Shown here one piece after another: positions 29,460-32,000 of a stretch of DNA of 32,000 nucleotides. Source of the DNA: a cyanobacterium endosymbiont of Epithemia turgida isolate EtSB Lake Yunoko (GTDB lineage Bacteria; Cyanobacteriota; Cyanobacteriia; Cyanobacteriales; Microcystaceae); NCBI RefSeq assembly GCF_000829235.1, contig NZ_AP012549.1, positions 1,020,001-1,052,000 of the forward strand, read 5' to 3'. The position numbers and the translations under genes were made by a program. The stretch's first letter is position 1; every line of letters starts with the position of its first letter. The notes below the pieces were generated by a model. That model did not search any database, was not told where the DNA came from, and worked only from the letters and a program-made list of their open reading frames with translations.

Positions 29460-29539
29460 TTATTGTAGAATAATAACCTAAACTATTAATAATTGTTATA
29501 TAGTTATACGTAATTTTTTTAGTTATTATTCTACAATAA
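29460..29539. repeat. 18-bp perfect inverted repeat separated by 44 nt
   Basis: ttattgtagaataataac (29460-29477) pairs with gttattattctacaataa (29522-29539). Confidence 0.9.
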
Positions 29540-29541
29540 AT

Positions 29542-29571
29542 AAAAAAGGTAAAAATATTTTTACCTTTTTT
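29542..29571. terminator. 30-nt perfect palindrome with terminator-like A-run / T-run flanks (bidirectional)
   Basis: aaaaaaggtaaaaat | atttttacctttttt. The stem core is ggtaaaaat/atttttacc, followed by T6 on the plus strand and by the equivalent on the minus strand. It is not adjacent to any called gene end. Confidence 0.45.
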
Positions 29572-29942
29572 ATTTTCCGCTTAACTCATTGAAGACAGTA
29601 AAAACTCAATAATAAAAAATTTTACTCAAAGTATCACTTCTACTTTTATTTTACTTATTAGTTTATAAAAAATAAATTTATTCAACTTAGCTTTGCTTTT
29701 TCAGGCTAGCTGTAGTAAAATGAGATTATTAGAAATAAAATTATTGATTTTAAATATAGTAAAATATAGTTTATAAAATATGTTTTATTAATCAAATATA
29801 TACTATTATTTATTATGATATATTTTTTTTTATAAAAATTATAATCTTAGCCATAATCAAATTTTTATACCTTTACTTTATTGAGAGTTTTAGGAAAAAA
29901 TGTCATACTGAATAAGTATTAACTACACCCCAATAAAAACTC

Positions 29943-31682
29943 TTGGACAGAACCACTTTTAACTCTATTAGTCATAATATCTCCATTATTCGAAAAAAAC
30001 TAAAATCCTGTTATTGGCAAAAATCCGTTATTTGGTTATTGTTAACAGGGCTTATACTACGTTTAATAATTGCTTTCTGGCTGCTTCCTGGTTATGACGA
30101 AGGTTACTATTATCTATATACTCGCCATTTAGATTGGAGTTATTTTGATCATCCGCTATTAGTTGCTCTAACGACAAATTTTGGTGTTTGGATCACTGGT
30201 ATCACGTCTCTTTTTACTCTACGTTTGGGAACAGTAATTTTATATACAGGGACTCTATGGTTACTATATTTAACTAGTGCTAGACTATTCGATCATCAAA
30301 CTGCTAAATTAACTCTATCAATCGTCTCAGTAGTTCCTATTTTTAATGTAGGATTTGGGGTGATTACTCTTCCTGATAGTCCTTTAATCTTTTTTTGGAC
30401 TGCAAGTTTATATTGTGCAGCTGTTGAGTTTTTTCCAAATTCTAATCGAAATTTCTATCCTACTTATCGCCTCGCTATTTTAGGAATTCTTGTGGGATTA
30501 ACTTGTTTAGGTAAGTATCATGGATTTATATTAGGGTTAGGATTAATTGGATTTTGTTTAACCAGTCCTCCCCATCGCCGCGTCTTCCTATCGCGTTGGA
30601 CAGGATTAGGGATTATATTATATATTTTAACTTTATTTCCCCTTTGGTTTTGGAATTTAAACCACGATTGGATTTCATTTCGTTTTCAATTATTAAATCG
30701 TTTTGAATCTCCTCCAGAAGGAGAAATATCACCCTCAAGATACAGTTTATTTAATGTATTTTCTATTTTTTTGACAGAACTTGGTTTGCTATTTCCTACT
30801 ATTGGTATTCCTTTATGGTGGGTTGTTTTAAGGTCAAGTTTATCTCAATTGATAAGATTATTTGATGATAACTTACATATAGTTTCAGGAAAATCACAGC
30901 AGACATTCAGTGAGTACAATTTAGCTCAAAAACAATTATTTATTTTATGGGTTTCTCTTCCATTAATGCTAGGATTTACTCTGCTTGGCGGTAAACAACA
31001 AATTCTTGTTACTTGGCCAATTCCAGGGCTTTGGAGTGGGACTTTATTATTGGGATTTTATAGTATTCAATGGAAACAACAGTCATCCAATTTAATTCGA
31101 TGGTGGATTAGAGGAACAGGGATAATAACTACTATTATTTTACTCCTATTGCTACTTCATACAACAACAGGAACCTTTTATAAATCTAGCCAATATTCCC
31201 CTTTTGGTAATTTTTTGACTCCTAAAAACGATCCTACTAAGGAACTAATTGATATCGAACAATTGCGAAAGGTTTTTGCAGAATCTTCAGAACTTATGAA
31301 TGCTTTAGATGAAACGACTTTTATCTTTACTAATGCATATTACTTAGCTGGATTAATCGATTTAGCTTTGCGACCTTTAAAAAATATTCCTGTGACTTGT
31401 TTTAGTTATGATATGCGGGGATTTATTTTTTGGCATGATACTAATCAATGGGTCGGAAAAGATGGACTTTATATTACTTTAGAACAATTCCATAAGATGC
31501 CTCATTTAAAGAATGATTTTAGTCGTTACTTTGAAGAGTTTCAGGAGATTGGTACTGTTCCTATCAGTTTAGGAGGAGTGGTAGTTAATGTGTTTCATGT
31601 TTATAAAGCAAAGACTTTCCTTAAACCTTATTCCCTAGAAGAGTCTTTCTTATTTTATAAAAATCAGTCGCTAGTATTCTAA
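29943..31682 (+). CDS. Glycosyltransferase family 39 (PMT_2 / ArnT-like, polytopic membrane protein)
   Basis: 579 aa with about 10 or more hydrophobic segments. The first-loop acidic motif PGYDEGYYYLY...YFDHPLL resembles the dolichyl-phosphate-mannose/undecaprenyl-phosphate sugar transferase family. TTG at 29943 is the first possible start after an in-frame TAA (29934-29936). No SD is seen. Confidence 0.85.
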   Translation: MDRTTFNSISHNISIIRKKLKSCYWQKSVIWLLLTGLILRLIIAFWLLPGYDEGYYYLYTRHLDWSYFDHPLLVALTTNFGVWITGITSLFTLRLGTVILYTGTLWLLYLTSARLFDHQTAKLTLSIVSVVPIFNVGFGVITLPDSPLIFFWTASLYCAAVEFFPNSNRNFYPTYRLAILGILVGLTCLGKYHGFILGLGLIGFCLTSPPHRRVFLSRWTGLGIILYILTLFPLWFWNLNHDWISFRFQLLNRFESPPEGEISPSRYSLFNVFSIFLTELGLLFPTIGIPLWWVVLRSSLSQLIRLFDDNLHIVSGKSQQTFSEYNLAQKQLFILWVSLPLMLGFTLLGGKQQILVTWPIPGLWSGTLLLGFYSIQWKQQSSNLIRWWIRGTGIITTIILLLLLLHTTTGTFYKSSQYSPFGNFLTPKNDPTKELIDIEQLRKVFAESSELMNALDETTFIFTNAYYLAGLIDLALRPLKNIPVTCFSYDMRGFIFWHDTNQWVGKDGLYITLEQFHKMPHLKNDFSRYFEEFQEIGTVPISLGGVVVNVFHVYKAKTFLKPYSLEESFLFYKNQSLVF

Positions 31683-31715
31683 ACAATATAGTTGATATTT
31701 AATCAATTAGATTAT

Positions 31716-31754
31716 AAATATATATATAAGGAATAATTACTTATATATATATTT
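31716..31754 (+). terminator. AT-only 15-bp hairpin downstream of the GT39 gene
   Basis: aaatatatatataag / gaataatta / cttatatatatattt, followed by tatttttaaa. It lies 34 nt after the stop. The stem is entirely A/T apart from one G:C pair, so termination efficiency is uncertain. Confidence 0.4.
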
Positions 31755-32000
31755 TATTTTTAAAGAAAAATAAAATATATATTAATTCTAGTCTAGAAAT
31801 TTAATTAAAGTAATAAACTAATACCTAGTAGTTGAAATAAAGTCTTAAAAAAATAATAGTATTACTTATTAATTACTAAATATTTTATAATATAAATCTT
31901 AAATATATAAGCGTTTTAACACTTTATTTTCTTATATTCGAGAACACGCAAAATAAATTAAAAATTTTTTTAAAAAAGTCTTGTTTTATTCTCGCTCAGG

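Overview
This is an AT-rich cyanobacterial chromosomal segment. The family assignment is inferred from gene content and synteny only, and no database search was possible.

I call 17 intact protein genes, nearly all housekeeping:
- 5'-truncated UDP-glucuronate decarboxylase, followed by ugd
- an M23 peptidase
- a divergent core block, asd-dapA-rnj (minus strand) facing tig-clpP-clpX (plus strand)
- 5-formyl-THF cyclo-ligase
- holA, divergent from a 2H-phosphoesterase-like gene
- a 105-aa two-TM protein
- an xth / C5-cytosine methyltransferase operon
- an S41 C-terminal processing protease
- a GT39 (PMT_2/ArnT-like) glycosyltransferase

There is also one clear pseudogene: a HAD phosphatase with three in-frame stops and no frameshift.

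I recognised no transposase, integrase, CRISPR array, tRNA or rRNA.

The unusual property is architecture. By my interval arithmetic only about 59 % of the window is genic. Six AT-rich, ORF-free spans (0.3-3.2 kb, 11.3 kb in total) separate the intact operons. These spans contain decayed gene relics, several long perfect palindromes (up to 55 nt) and terminator-like hairpins.

I found no convincing multi-gene novel defence or mobile system. The best leads are:
- the gene deserts and their relics
- the translationally coupled xth-methyltransferase pair, with no restriction gene and an HTH-like tail on the methyltransferase
- the long palindromes around the small membrane-protein gene
- a 20-bp tandem repeat abutting a -10 box
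- S-box-like sequence blocks in the tig leader

All functional readings of the non-coding elements are hypotheses.
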